Positions 1-13,564 of a stretch of 64,000 nucleotides of DNA are shown one piece after another. Positions within the stretch are counted from its first letter, which is position 1; each line of letters begins with the position of its first letter. Below the pieces are notes generated by a model. That model ran no database searches and was not told the DNA's origin. It was given only the letters and a program-made list of their open reading frames with translations. Origin of the DNA: Octopus vulgaris (lineage: Eukaryota); contig OX597828.1 in NCBI GenBank assembly GCA_951406725.2, forward strand, positions 75,144,001 to 75,208,000, read 5' to 3'. Position numbers and translations under genes: made by a program.

Positions 1-31
<31 letters not shown>

Positions 32-195
32 CGAGGAGTAGAGAGAGTGAAGGAAAATGTAACTTAAAGTGTGAGAGTAGAGTCAATCAGGTAAACTTTG
101 TTATGTAATTATTCTTTTTTACTCCCACCACCTCTGCTAATCTCACTCTCCATCTCTTTCTTACTCTTTCAAATACGAGTATGCTGATGCATAGA

Positions 196-227
<32 letters not shown>

Positions 228-434
228 ACCTGGCTTTCTATTTAATTGCATTTTATTAATGGCAATGGTGAGCTGCCGCACAACCTTTGTTCCAGGATCA
301 ACTTTGGAAATGAAGATTGTGGATTTCACCTTAGATGCATTTAGTTGTGTGCATGTATGTATGCATAAATGTAAGCATGCATATATGTATTTATGTGTGT
401 TTATATATATGTACACACACACACACAAATATAT

Positions 435-498
<64 letters not shown>

Positions 499-762
499 AA
501 GCATAAATATATATACATACATATCATATATATATTTTTTATGTATTTAGGTATGCAAGCATGCATGTATATATATATGCATGTATGTATGCATGTATGT
601 ATGTATCTATGCATATATATATGTATGTATGCATATATGTGTTTATATATATATGTGTGTGTGTGTGTATGTATATATATATGCATATATGTATGTAAGT
701 GCAAAATATTCTTACAATATCAGAACCATCCAACAAAAAAAATGACATAAGCTCCCCCGTCA

Positions 763-815
<53 letters not shown>

Positions 816-1384
816 TACATATATACACATACATGAGTGTGTGTGTGTGTAAGTGCCTCACTGCATCCAGTGAGTTGGTGCTTCAGTGTGGCTTCTCAGT
901 AACAAAATAAATTGGATATTGTGTGTAAGTCTGTCGGAAATATAAATTCTCCAAAAAAAAAAAAGATGAAAAAATAAACAACCAAGCACCACCCACCTGG
1001 TACCAAGGTGAACTGTGGCAATGTAGAAGGAAGTCTTTTGCACAGAAACATAAAACAACTAATGAAAGAGAAAGTCTGTAAGATGATTGAACTAAAGACA
1101 CTCTCCAAGATGAAGTTAGTTTTAATACTGTAGCCAATGGTCTCTCAGAACACTTCGCTCACCTCCCTCTTCACCTCACCCCAAACGTTCTTAACAAAGA
1201 GTGAAAATTAAATTCTTATTTCAGAGAGTAAAAAAAAAGGCAAAAAAAAAGAAAGATTAAAGTCAACTAAATATAAAGCAAATATGAAGAAAAGAAAATA
1301 TGACATCAACAACAACAGCAAAAATAAATTTTAAAAAAATGAAAATTAACAAAAATTGGATTTAAAGGAAACAAAAACAGAGTT

Positions 1385-1615
1385 ACTTAATCATCATCAT
1401 CAACAACATCATCATCATTATCAACATCATCTATATCATCACCATCATCACCAGCATCATCATGAGTGACATCATAATCGTCATCGTCGCCATCATCTTC
1501 AACATCATCATCATCAAGTTGATGGTGATGATGATTAAAATGTAATGATGAAGATGACGATGATGATGATGATGACAGTAATAATAATATAATAATATTA
1601 ATAATGATATACAAG
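1385..1615. repeat. (CAT)n/(GAT)n low-complexity trinucleotide tract
   Basis: Degenerate catcat run followed by gatgat/aataat runs. Confidence 0.9.
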
Positions 1616-1691
1616 AATATAATTACTTTATTAAATTTGCAGAAATATTTTCATTAAAACAAACAAATCTGCATGCACACACACACACACA

Positions 1692-1724
<33 letters not shown>

Positions 1725-2134
1725 CATACATACATACATGCTCACAAACCAACTTACATATGCACACATACATATTGACAGAAAAAAGCAGCCAGACACA
1801 TGCAGATATGCAAGTGCACACTCTTTTACACTCACACACACATACAGAAAAAGTCAAACACACACATTCACACACGCAAGCACAACATGCAAAAACATCT
1901 TCACTCAAAAAAAACCACATCTCACACACACAGACACACACAGACACCCACAGGCAGACACTGATACACACACACACACACACACACATATATATGCACA
2001 CAGACATGCAAAACACATACACAGCCATAAATAGACAAATAAGCACACACAAACAGAATCACATACACACACATATACACACACACACATGTACACACAC
2101 ACACATGTACACACACACACATATACATACACAC

Positions 2135-2560
2135 ATAATTAGAAACAAACGGAATTAGACATACAGACACACACACACACACACACACACAAATAGAGAA
2201 TTAGATACAGACACACACACATAATTAGAAACAAACACATACAGAATAAGACATACAAACACACACACACTCAAAGTGAATTAGATACAGATGCACACAC
2301 ACACACACAGGCACACATAATTAGTAACATAAACACATACAGAATTACACATACATGCTCATACATAAACACACACGGAGAATTAGATACAGATACACAC
2401 AGTTACAGACACACACACACACGCATGCACATAATTAGAAACATAAACACACAAAGAATTAGACACACAAGCTCACACACACACACGCACACACACACAC
2501 ACACAGAAACACACTCATTTACAGAATTGAATACATAATCGCAGACACATATGCATACAA
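2135..2560. repeat. Degenerate minisatellite (aattagatacagac + CA run)
   Basis: Motif aattaga(t/a)ac recurs about ten times, separated by (CA)n. Confidence 0.75.
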
Positions 2561-2759
2561 ACACGCACAGTATATTCCATGCTGTGAAATCAAATATTCA
2601 TTAGTTTATCCATAAATTTACATGTCTGGTCAACCTGTTTAATTCAATTTAACGCAAAAAACTTGGGTTTAACTTTTCCTCCTGAGGTTATGTAGTGGAA
2701 TGTAGGGTGGCGTGGTGGTTGGAGTCAATGCGGGGTGAAGGTTGGGGAATATGAAGGAA

Positions 2760-2938
2760 GGCAATGATGATGATGATGATGATAATAAGGAAAAGAAGTG
2801 GAACATTTGGATATAGAATAATAATAATAATAATAATGATGATGATGATGATATTGCTGATGATGATGATTTAACAACAAAAACAACAGGGAAAAGAGGT
2901 GGAACGTTTGGATATGAACAAAAGAAAGAATACTACTA

Positions 2939-2972
<34 letters not shown>

Positions 2973-3013
2973 CAGTAAAAATAAAAATGAAAATAATAAT
3001 CATAATAGCAATG

Positions 3014-3056
<43 letters not shown>

Positions 3057-3545
3057 GAAGAAGAAGAAGAAGAAGAAAAAGAAGAAGAAGGATATGTAGA
3101 AAATAAGAAGAAAGAGAAGCAGCAAATATTAAAGGAAAAAAATGAATGATTAAGAGTGAGAAGAAAGAAAAGAAAAAAAGTGAAGAGGAATAAGAATAAA
3201 GACTAAAGAGGAATGAAAGAAATATGAAAATGAAAAGAAGGAAAACTATGATGATGATGATGGCTTATTATTATGATGATGATATCAATGACAACTATGA
3301 TGATATTAATGATGATGATGACTATTGCGATGATGACGATGATATCAATGATAACTATGATGATGATGACGACAATGATGATGATGATGATGATGAAGAT
3401 GCCAATGAAGAAGATAATACTAATAGTATTGATGACGGAAGTGGTTATGATGATGGTGATGCTGATGAAGATCACAACAATGATGACGGCGATGATGATG
3501 ATTCAGTTGATATTGGTAATAGTGATGATGATGATGATGAGACAG
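2760..3545. repeat. Compound (GAT)n/(AAT)n/(GAA)n microsatellite region
   Basis: Directly visible trinucleotide runs; source of the D-, N- and K-rich pseudo-ORFs. Confidence 0.9.
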
Positions 3546-3849
3546 TGATTGTGGTGGTGGAAGGCCAGACGGTCATTGCGTTCCTCGGATGTTCCTCTGA
3601 TGTTAACTACAAGACAATGAAAAAAATATCTATGTCATTGCTTGATCGTTCAGAAATAGCAGCCAAACCCCTCTGAAATGACAGCTAATTGTTTTTAAAA
3701 AATAAGGAGGAAGGACAAATTGGCTCACATTGTCCTAGATAAAACTTCTTGAAATAAAGATGGGATGGTCACATGCAGGATTGTCTTTGGTCATACGTTA
3801 GTCAATTCAGAGCTTAGTTCTGGCTAAACAACAATAACAATAACAAAAA

Positions 3850-4024
3850 TTTTTAATTTTGGATCAAGGTTAGTTATTTTGAGGGGAGGGGCAAGTCAGT
3901 TACACTGAGCCTCCGGTACTTGAAAGGATGGAAAGCAAGGATTTGAACTCAGAAAGAAATGTCTTGGAAGAAATACTGCTAAGCATTTTGTCCAACGTCC
4001 AAACAATTCTGCCAGCTCACCACC

Positions 4025-4073
<49 letters not shown>

Positions 4074-4685
4074 TAATATTCTTTTCTACTAAAGGCACAA
4101 GGCCTGAAACTTTGGGGGAGAGGGATAGTTGATTACATTAACCCCAGGACTCAGCTGGTACTTAACTTATTGATCCTGAAAGAATGAAAGGCAAAGTTGA
4201 CCTCGGTGGAATTTGAACTCAGAACATAATGACAGGTGAAATATCGCCTTAATAGAAATAACAACGATGATAATAATAATTTATTTCTTTATTGCCCGCA
4301 GGGGGCTAAACATAGAGAGGACAAATAAGGACAGACAAAGGGATTAAGTCGATTACATCGACCCCAGTGTTTAACTTGTACTTATTTAATCGAACCCGAA
4401 AGGATGAAAGGCAAAGTTGACCTCGGTGGAATTTGAACTCAGAACATAACGACAGATAAAACACTGCCTTAATAATAATAATAATAATCCTTTCTGAAAT
4501 TTTGGTGGAGGAGGCAAGTCAATGACACTGGCCCCAGTACACAACTGGTACTTTCATCACCAACTCTGAAAAGATAAGAAGGCAAAGTCGACCTTGGCAG
4601 AATTTGAAATCAGGATGTAAGGTTGGAGGAAATGCTGTGAAGCCTTTCGTCTCTCATGCAAATGATTCTGCCAGTTTGTTGCCTT
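3850..4685 (-). mobile_element. Cluster of four SINE family A copies separated by (AAT)n
   Basis: Core gaaaggcaaagt(t/c)gacctcggtggaatttgaactcagaac recurs at about 4185, 4405 and 4578, with a decayed copy at about 3930; same core as 19685-20449. Confidence 0.85.
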
Positions 4686-5265
4686 AACAACAGCAACAAC
4701 AACATTAGAAACTTGAAAATGAAAATAGAAAGGAAATCAAAGCCGTTGGCTATTTTGAATTTCTGGACAGTAAATTTTTTTTTTTACCAGGGGAGATAAC
4801 TGCGCCAACATAACAATTTGAAATGTTCTTTGATTTTATTTTTGAACTAAATCAATAAAATTAGAAACTAAATTCTATTCAGTTCAATAAATATATTTTA
4901 AGCCTTCATGAAATTTGATTATTTATTGTCTCTCCCCACCACCACACCGAGGTGAATATAATTGATTGATTAGTTCACTGGTTTTAAATAGCCTCCATAT
5001 TTCATTCTTTTAATCTGATCTCATTCAACAACTTTTGAGTGTGTGTGTATGCATATGTATATATATATATGTGCATATACATATATGTATATGTATGTAT
5101 TATATATATATATATATATATATATGTGTATATATGTGTGTGTGTGTATATGTATATATATGTGTGTGTATGTGTGTGTGTTTGTGTGTGTATATATATA
5201 AGTATCTACACATATATTTATATCATTCTATCCATCTCTATATATGTGTGTGTGCGTGTATGTGT

Positions 5266-5297
<32 letters not shown>

Positions 5298-5687
5298 GAA
5301 ATCATCATTATTTGATGTCTTTTCCTATGCTGGACAGTCTGACGGGATCTGATGCACGTGATGTATGCTTCAAGCGCCAGAGTCCGTTTTGGTATGATTT
5401 CTTTGGTTGGACACCCCACTTCCCAACCAACTGACAGCATTGTTAGAGTATTGTCTTGCAATATTTGTTTCCGTGCTTTGTGTTCTGAGTTCAATCCCTG
5501 CTACGGTTGTATTCATCTTTCTGTCAACCCCCGTACATGACTGGTATGTATTTTATTGAACCCCCTCGCCCTTGAAGGATGAAAGGCCAAATCGGTCTTG
5601 GTGACATTTGAGCTCAGAACAAAGACAGATAGAATGCTGTGAAACATTTTGTCTGGCAAGCTACTGGTTCTGCCAGCTTGTTGCCTT

Positions 5688-5727
<40 letters not shown>

Positions 5728-5981
5728 TACTCATATATATATATGTAAATATAACATCAGTAAATCATGATTCTAAAAAAAAAGCACACTCTAAGTTTTA
5801 GAATGGTAAAGTATTTACTGAATGATAGTTATGTCTGGTTCATAGGGTTACCCAGGATTTTGCATCCATAAAGCAATTGGCTTTGCAAGCTCTTTATGGA
5901 TGTGAAACCCTGGGTAGGGTGACCCTACAAACCAGCCATAACTATCTTTATATTTATATATATATATATATATGTATGTAT

Positions 5982-6192
5982 ATAACGGGAAGGTTTACGA
6001 AAATAAACAAAAGACGAAGGCAGGTGGAGTACAAACAAACAAATGTATTAGTATGGTGCTCAGGAATAGAAATAGAACAAGTCTTTTATGTTTCAAGCCT
6101 ACGCTCTTCGACAGAAAGATACACAGAAAAGAAACAAGGAGAGAAAAAAATGCGTGTAGGAGCTAACGGTCTATCATGGCTAACAGTCTATC
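5982..6192 (-). mobile_element. Short (TA)n-embedded element with variant hammerhead motif (PLE-derived)
   Basis: Minus strand 6119-6082: tcttt-CTGTCGA-A-gagc/gctt-GAAA-CATA-aaaga. Downstream ttcctgagcaccatactaatac resembles ttcctgagcgtcaaataatac at about 40200. Confidence 0.6.
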
Positions 6193-6266
6193 ATATATAT
6201 ATATGCTTTTGGTGCGAATGGTTTTGTTAAACGGTGCCGTGTTTTACAATCCTGTAAATAATAATG

Positions 6267-6524
6267 ATGGTATTTTTCTATAAGCTTAAAGTTTATGGCA
6301 ATCACCTTGCAATGACTAAGGAAAATAGTCTAATAAAGGGGCACATAAGTCCCTGATAGCAAAAAGAAGGCTTTCCTATCCACATGGACACAAACCCACA
6401 TCCCTTTGCTACCTACAGGAAATCCTTTTTTCTGTCGAGGGTTTATGTGCTCCTTTATTAGACTATTTTCCTAAGTCATTGCATGGTGATCACCATAAGC
6501 TTTAAGCTTATATAAAAATACCAT
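6267..6524. repeat. Imperfect inverted repeat, arms about 110 bp
   Basis: atggtatttttctataagcttaaag... pairs with ...ctttaagcttatataaaaataccat; spacer about 6380-6415. Confidence 0.9.
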
Positions 6525-7149
6525 TGTGTATATATATATATATGTAAAACATAGTAATTCATATCCACTTGTGGACTTCTGTTCAGTTACAGAGCATATT
6601 CCACACAGGAACCAAACTGGGGAGACAGAGACATCAACAGAGATACATTTTCATTGAAAACCCGTATGTACTGCAATGTATTCTGTCTATAACTTGTTAT
6701 TATTTACCCATGAAGCTGTCTGTAACTAGACTCACTCACACGCACACACATACAGCCAGATAATCCTTAACATTTAGTAACATTCACGTAATATCTGTCA
6801 TCAGTTTCAAAACACATTTAGAGAATTTATGAGACCAGTTCAGTTTGTCAGTAAATATAATAACAACTTTCCTATATTAAATTTCAGAGTAACAATGATT
6901 TATGGACTTCAAAACAATTTTGTATCAACTTAAGTCAAATCATAGGAAAATTCTTTTTTTGTAAATTGCTTTCAACTTTATTTAGGTTAACTAAAAAAAT
7001 ATTAGAATTACATTTTTGAAAATATAAAATATATTTATAAATGCGAATATGGAAATTCCACCAACTCTGGAATATTGACTGCAAAGTATATTACAAAAGG
7101 TTTGGTACTCGTAGAGGAAGAACTGCAAGAATATGCTAGCAACTCTTAA

Positions 7150-8450
7150 ACAATATTCTTACTGATCTTCCTCAAAAAGTACCAACCTTTTAATTCAAGA
7201 GGAGTTGATGGAATTTCTGTATTTACACCTGTAGCCTGCTGTTGCCCTAACAGCATCAGCTTCTCATTCAATAAACTCTCGTTATGGGACACTTCTTCAA
7301 ACCACACACATCTTTTCCTGTTCATGAAAAACTTGCAAACCATTCATGCAACCTAGACATACATTTTCCTGAGCATCATTCAAATTGAGGGTTTTGTTTC
7401 ATCCCATGACTCTGGTATGATATCCACAGCTTTCATTACCTTGAATTTCTTCCAGTAGTCACTGATTATAAATTGATCCTCAACTCTAAGTTGATTTTAT
7501 AAGTTGTTTGAATGTTCTTCTCAAGTAACATACCTTGAAGTTAACTATTACACCTTGATCTCTTGGCTGGAGCAAAGAAGTTGTATTGTTGGAGATATGC
7601 TTTATTCTTTTATAATCGGAAGGCTCATTTAACCCCTAAAGTGCTGGGATTTGCACTCACATAGCATGGACTACTGAGCACATTTTTATGAAAATGAAAC
7701 TACCAGGCACACATAAAAAACAAAAAAAAAATAGTTAAAATATCTTCTTAGTAGATAAGGGTGGCAAGTCATTAGTTGAACTACTAGTCCTCTTGCATTC
7801 TGGGGGGTATCAGAGCATTTGAGTGACATTAGACCCCAACAAATGCCCATAAATTAAATGCATCTATCTGGGCCACGATCGTGGCCTATTGATCTGTGCC
7901 TGATGGCCACAAACGTGGCCCATTGCACTTTATGTGTTGAGTTTGCCGAGTGACTTGGTACGGTGTTTAAAAGGAGCAATGCTTTGCAGAAAAATATTAT
8001 CTCTGGGGCTGAAGTTTTCTACAAAAGGATAAAAAAAAGGTTTATAAACCATCTCTCAAAAAAGGCTTTTAGTCATCTATGCCTTCATTTTTCTCAACCA
8101 TTGGAGCACAAAGCGCTCCTCATGAATGCAGTTCATGAGATGACTGTGATCTGTAAAGAGTTTTGAGTAGGAACCGGAAAAGGAAGAACGAACATGCAAT
8201 GAACATGTGCACACTGAATATGTAAAATGGAAGTCAAGAATAAAAATGCAATGCACATGTCAAATTAAAATGGAAAAGAAGAATAAAATGTCAATGTCAA
8301 GCCAGTTATATGACGGTCTGTATGCTAGGTCTGACATTTTCAGAACGATACACAACTAGGGACTTTAATTTCATAACATCAGCAGCATTTTCTCGCAGAA
8401 GTGTCACATTGCATTGAGTCTGATCTTTGATCCGCGCATACTCATGAACC
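7150..8450 (-). pseudogene. Degenerate pogo/Tigger-family DDE transposase fossil
   Basis: Minus-strand peptides match Tigger DDE_1 motifs in the correct order: TLLRENAADVMKLKSLVVYRSEN (about 8330-8410), KA*MTKSLF..RWF...KALLLL (about 7970-8090), NNTTSLLQPRDQGVIVNFKVCYLRRTFKQL (about 7500-7590), YWKKFKVMKAVDIIPESWDE. Stops and frameshifts are present. Confidence 0.85.
7633..7966. mobile_element. TTAA-flanked insertion (piggyBac-like non-autonomous element) nested in the Tigger fossil
   Basis: TTAA at 7629-7632 and 7967-7970; begins CCC; removing it restores ALLLLNEP in the transposase frame; TIRs are decayed. Confidence 0.6.
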
Positions 8451-9635
8451 ATTCCATTTTTAGGCATCACATCAAATCTATCTATAGAAAAAAAATGTAA
8501 GTTAACAGAGTGGCCTCTTGATTTATTTTTGTTGCTATGGTTACATATTGCAGCCATATTTGGCAGCTGGGGTGATTTTTATCTCCTCCATGAGGTCCTT
8601 TTAAATGAGGGAGTAAACTATCCAGTATAATCTCTTTATAGTTTCTCTTAACACTTCTGCCTTCCGTTCCATCGTGAATGGTTTCTTTCCAGACATCAGG
8701 AATGGTAAGTAAGTCCAACAGTAGCCATACTTGGTAATTATCCGTAACAAATATGTTGTGGGAAAAAAAATTGAGCACAGAGAAAGAAATGTTTTGTGAG
8801 ATCAAAAAGTTGATGTCATATTTCTATGGATGTAAGAATGAAGATGAGAAGATCAAAGACGAAAGGGTGAAGAAGTGAGGTAGGAGGGAGTACTATAAGG
8901 GTTACTGTTAGCTGAAGGGTTACCAGGTTCATGGCCATTTCACCCCTTGCACCTCTAACTTGAGCAATAAAAGCTATATGCTACATCACTCTCTCTCCCT
9001 TACACTCACACACACACCATTGTGTAGATACACAACATATGTAGCTACAGACTTTGCTACTATGCTGACGCTATTATTGTTGCTGCCAGTTAGATTTTCA
9101 ACAGTTGGTGGGTTGCCAGTGGTGGTGGCGTTGGTTTTGGCGATGATAATAATGGTGGGGTACTGGCGGTAATTGCTTTATCATTCTTATTAATTGTATT
9201 GTTGTAGCTGTTTTGTCTCATAGACCTAAAATCAATCATAGGTCTTTCCCAACAGACCTAACATCAAAGAGACTTCATTCAACTTTTAAAATACACTAGG
9301 GTACCACATCATTTCATATGATTGTCTTTTATTTTAGATGGTGTCGCTTATCTTTTTCATACCATTGTTGCTGCGGTTGTTGGTCATTAAGGAGTTGCTG
9401 GGTTGGTCTTGGTGGTGGTGAACGTTTATATACATACATGTGTGTGTGTGTGTATGTGTACATATAGATACGTAGACAGGCGCTCAGTCTCACAAAAGAG
9501 AATATATATACACACAGACACACAAATAATCACAGTGACAAATTTCACTTCAGACTCTGTGAGCATTTATAGCAGTGCATTCACAAACACTTGTGTGTGC
9601 GCACGCATGCACACACACACACACCCACGCACACA

Positions 9636-9667
<32 letters not shown>

Positions 9668-9934
9668 TTGTGATTATAGTTTTTCAGATAGTTAGTTATA
9701 CTTTGATCTTAGCTAAAACAATAAGAATTGGCATTTTGGTTAAGAAGTAAATGTAGTTTTTAAATTGTTGAAATTAATCTGAGTTTGTGTCAGAGGGAAA
9801 TTACAGACCTTACACTGAAATCAGTCATCACACATCACAGTTTGCACAAGTGCAAAATCCTGCAACCTATATAGCAGAGAGAGAGATGTGGGGGAACGTG
9901 GTTTAGCGGTTGAGGTGTTAAGCTCGCTCGTTTA

Positions 9935-10320
9935 TTTTCTTTTACTTGTTTCAGTCAATTTCACTGCGGCCATGCTGGAGCACCACCTATAGTCGAACAA
10001 ATTGACCTCAGAACTTATTCCTTGTAAGCATAGTACTTATCCTGTCAGACTATTTTGCTGAACTGCTAAGTTACGGGGGTGTAAACACACCAACATCAGT
10101 TGTCACATGATGGTGGAGGGACAATCACAGACACACAAATATATATATATATATATGATGGGCTTCTTTCAGTTTCCGTCAACCAAATACACTCACGAGG
10201 CTTTGGTCGGCCTGTGGCTATAGTGGAAGACACTTGCCCAAGGTGCTACGCAGTGGGACTGAACCTGGAACCATGTGGCTGGGAAGCAAGCTTATTACCA
10301 CACAGCCATGCCTGTGCCTA
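9935..10320 (-). mobile_element. tRNA-derived SINE family B (internal microsatellite, CORE-like segment)
   Basis: Minus-strand head has A box tggctgtgtgg and B box ggttcagtccc, then ccttgggcaagtgtcttc; homologous to 57035-57382 and 59370-60240. Confidence 0.85.
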
Positions 10321-10329
10321 TAATCTGTG

Positions 10330-10560
10330 TGTGGGTGTACAGGTTTGGGTGTTAGATTCATGATCCTAGGTTTGTGGTTTCAATTCCTGGACTGGGCGAC
10401 ATATTGTGTTCTTGAGCAAAACCCTTCATTTCACATTGCTCCAGTCCACTCAAATAGCAAAAATGAGCAAAACCCTGAGATGGACTGGCGTCTCATCCAG
10501 GGGGAGAATTTATATGCCATGGAAACTGGGAAACTGGCCCTTATGAGTTGAAATAACTCG
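10330..10560 (+). mobile_element. tRNA-derived SINE with V-domain-like segment
   Basis: ggtttcaattcctggactgggcg ... ccctgagatggactggcgtctcatccaggggg; similar to 37210-37420. Confidence 0.6.
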
Positions 10561-10604
10561 AGAAGCTAACCTCCACCTTTACTGGAGTGAGATGCCCATA
10601 GGTA

Positions 10605-10895
10605 TCATCATCATCATCATTTAATGTCCACTTTTCCATGAATGAAACAGAATGTGCTGAAGCAGATTTTCTATGGCCAATGCCCCCATCTGGACATCAA
10701 CCCTCACCTGATGCCAAACAAGATAATATTTCCTCACTGTCAGGCATGTTTGTTACAGAAGACTGAAAAATGAACGTCACCGCTTGTATGACAGGGATAC
10801 TCATTTACAACCATCACATAATATCTTGGTAAGGATATGCATACACACACATGTGTGTGCATACACACACACATTTATATACATATAATACACAC

Positions 10896-10938
<43 letters not shown>

Positions 10939-11100
10939 TCACGATCATTTAACGTCCATTGTCCATGCTGGCATGGGTTGGACAAGCTGACCAGAGCTGG
11001 GAAGCTGTCCAAACTCCAGTTGTCTGTTGTGGCATGGTTTTACAGATGGGTGCCAACCACTTTACAGAGTGTGCTCGCTGCTTTTATGTGGCACCACTAC
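10605..11100 (-). mobile_element. Two 3' fragments of a (GAT)n-tailed SINE/RTE-related repeat
   Basis: catcatcatttaa(t/c)gtcca..ttccatg motif at about 10615 and 10945; same motif at 5300-5330, 57808-57845 and 57960-58005. Confidence 0.65.
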
Positions 11101-11119
11101 CCCCCCCCCCCCACCACAC

Positions 11120-11700
11120 ACACACACACAAAAGGCTTCTTTCAGCTTCTGTCTTTCAAGTCCACTCATGCCTGAAGCTAGAGTGGAAGATACTTGCTCA
11201 AGGTACTGTGCTGTGGGAATGAACCCAAGACCACATGGTTGGGAAGTAAGCTCTTTAACCACACACCCAAACCTGTAAGAAAAAGAATCAAACTTGAAAA
11301 ATAAAGTGTCGGAGGATGATTTGTTCGATTAAAACCTTCAAGGCTGCCCCAGCATGGCCACAGTCAAATGACTGAAACAAGTAAAAGAATGAAAGAAAAA
11401 CTGGTAGAAATATTGCAAAGCACTTTGTCTGACTCTCTAACCATGACCCTCACCCGCTGCAAATTTTGAGAAGAGAAAGCTTATTTTGTTTATTTAATCT
11501 TTTATCTGCTTTTATAGATTTTAGCCATAGGACTGCGACCATACTGGAGCAGCCTTGAAGATTTTAATCAAACAAATTGATGCCCAACACTTTTTCATTT
11601 TTCAAGTCTGGTGCGTTTTCTTTCAGTCTCTTTTACTGAACCGCTACATTGTGGGGATGTAAACAAACCAACTCCAATTGTCAAGCAGGGAACACACACA
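11120..11700. mobile_element. SINE family B fragments (both orientations)
   Basis: Head fragment 11120-11275, 3' end in the opposite orientation 11330-11400, body fragment 11490-11700, all similar to 9935-10320. Confidence 0.7.
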
Positions 11701-12680
11701 CACACACACACACAAACATGTATGCGTGAAAGAAAGAAGAGCCTACTTCAAAGTTTACGTGTTCACATTGGTCCTTTTATTGTGTTAAGCAGAGTTATTT
11801 CCTCCTGATGATGAAAGAACCTCCGTTGATGGAGGGGAACAATCGCAAGTGACCCTTTTACAAATGACTTAAGTAACCAAGCAACTAACCAACTTACTAA
11901 TTAACTTATCCACTAATTAACTTATTGCCTTTCATTGTTGGCTCCTTTTGTTGTTGCCTCTCTCTCTCGTTCTTTGAATCAGTTTTTAGCTGACTAATGA
12001 AGCTTCACCACAATTATTTAAACTCTCTTGTTTCAATAGTTTCCCTCATGTAACCTTGGCAACAATGAATTCTTCTGACCCCCAAAGTTAGTGGTCATTG
12101 ATCAGTGGCAGCAGTGATGATGGTGGTGGTGGTGGTGAAACAAGCAAACTTTTACGATTCTTCATGTTTTCACGAGGAAGCTTCGTGCCGTATTTAAGAT
12201 GACTTGTTAGTCAAGCTTTGCCATCAATAACTGCACAATAAACCTTCCGATTTTTCGCTGGGATCGATGCATAGAAACGAACTAATCTAATTATGTATTC
12301 GGAAATTAAACACAGCAGGACATAACTGATAAACCGAACGATTGGGAGTAGCTTAGTGGAAAGAAAATGCAGCTTTTTTTTTTAAATACACCAAAATATC
12401 TCCTGCTACTTACAGCTTCTTCTCTCTCTCACTCTCTCTCTCTCTCTCTCTCTCTCTGTCCTTCTCTCTCATTTTCTAATTATTTCTCTCTTATTCTCTC
12501 TCTCTAGTTTTTCTGTCACTTTCATTTCTACATACATCCTCTCTTTCACTCTCTTTTAATCTGTCTGTTTAATTGTCTGTCTGTCTCTGTGTGTGCATAT
12601 GTACATCTCACTTTCTGCATCTATGTGTGTATGCATATGCACACACATACATTTGTCTAGTCTATATTTATGCAACAAAA

Positions 12681-12720
<40 letters not shown>

Positions 12721-12884
12721 GTACACATACACGCACACTCACACTCATCTACATACATACAACATGCATGCATCATCTATGTGTGTGTGCGTCTGTGCAT
12801 GTGTGTTTAAAAATATATAAACAGACATTTACGTTTCCATGCATACGAGCACTTACAAACACAGTCTCCTTTCTTGTATACATA

Positions 12885-13237
12885 CACACACACACACACA
12901 AACATATATAGAGACACACACCCATACAAACATATATAGAGACACACACATATACAAACATATATAGAGACACACACACACACAAACATATATAGAGACA
13001 CACACACACACAAACATATATAGAGACACACACACACACAAACATATATAGAGACACACACACACACAAACATATATAGAGACACACACACACACACATA
13101 TATATAGACACACACACACACACACACAAACATATATAGAGACACACATACACAAACATATATAGAGACACACACACATACATGTATTTAAACACACACA
13201 CACATATATAGAGACACACACACATACATGTATTTAA

Positions 13238-13260
<23 letters not shown>
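12885..13260. repeat. Minisatellite of about 24 bp, (CA)n-aacatatatagaga
   Basis: More than ten visible tandem units. Confidence 0.9.
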
Positions 13261-13290
<30 letters not shown>

Positions 13291-13531
13291 TATATACATG
13301 CATATGTATATAAATACATGTGTGTATGGATCTATATATATATTCCTGAAGAGATTTGTTCCTCCTCATTTACTCAACCGTTTCCCTACATTTTATTGGT
13401 TTGTTTCCTACATTCTTTCTCTCACTCCCCACTCTCTCCCTCCCTCCCTCTTATTCTCTCACTCTACATCTCTAACACCACCTTTCTTATACTGCTCTAT
13501 CTATCTATCTATCTATCTGCTTGCCTGCCTG

Positions 13532-13564
<33 letters not shown>

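Noticed and set aside
3224-3676. 150 aa Asp-rich ORF
   Set aside because: Translation of a (GAT)n tract running into a family D repeat
12885-13260. CRISPR-like regular repeats (also 19870-20449 and 31197-31465)
   Set aside because: No unique spacers, eukaryotic context and no cas genes; these are minisatellites or SINE multimers
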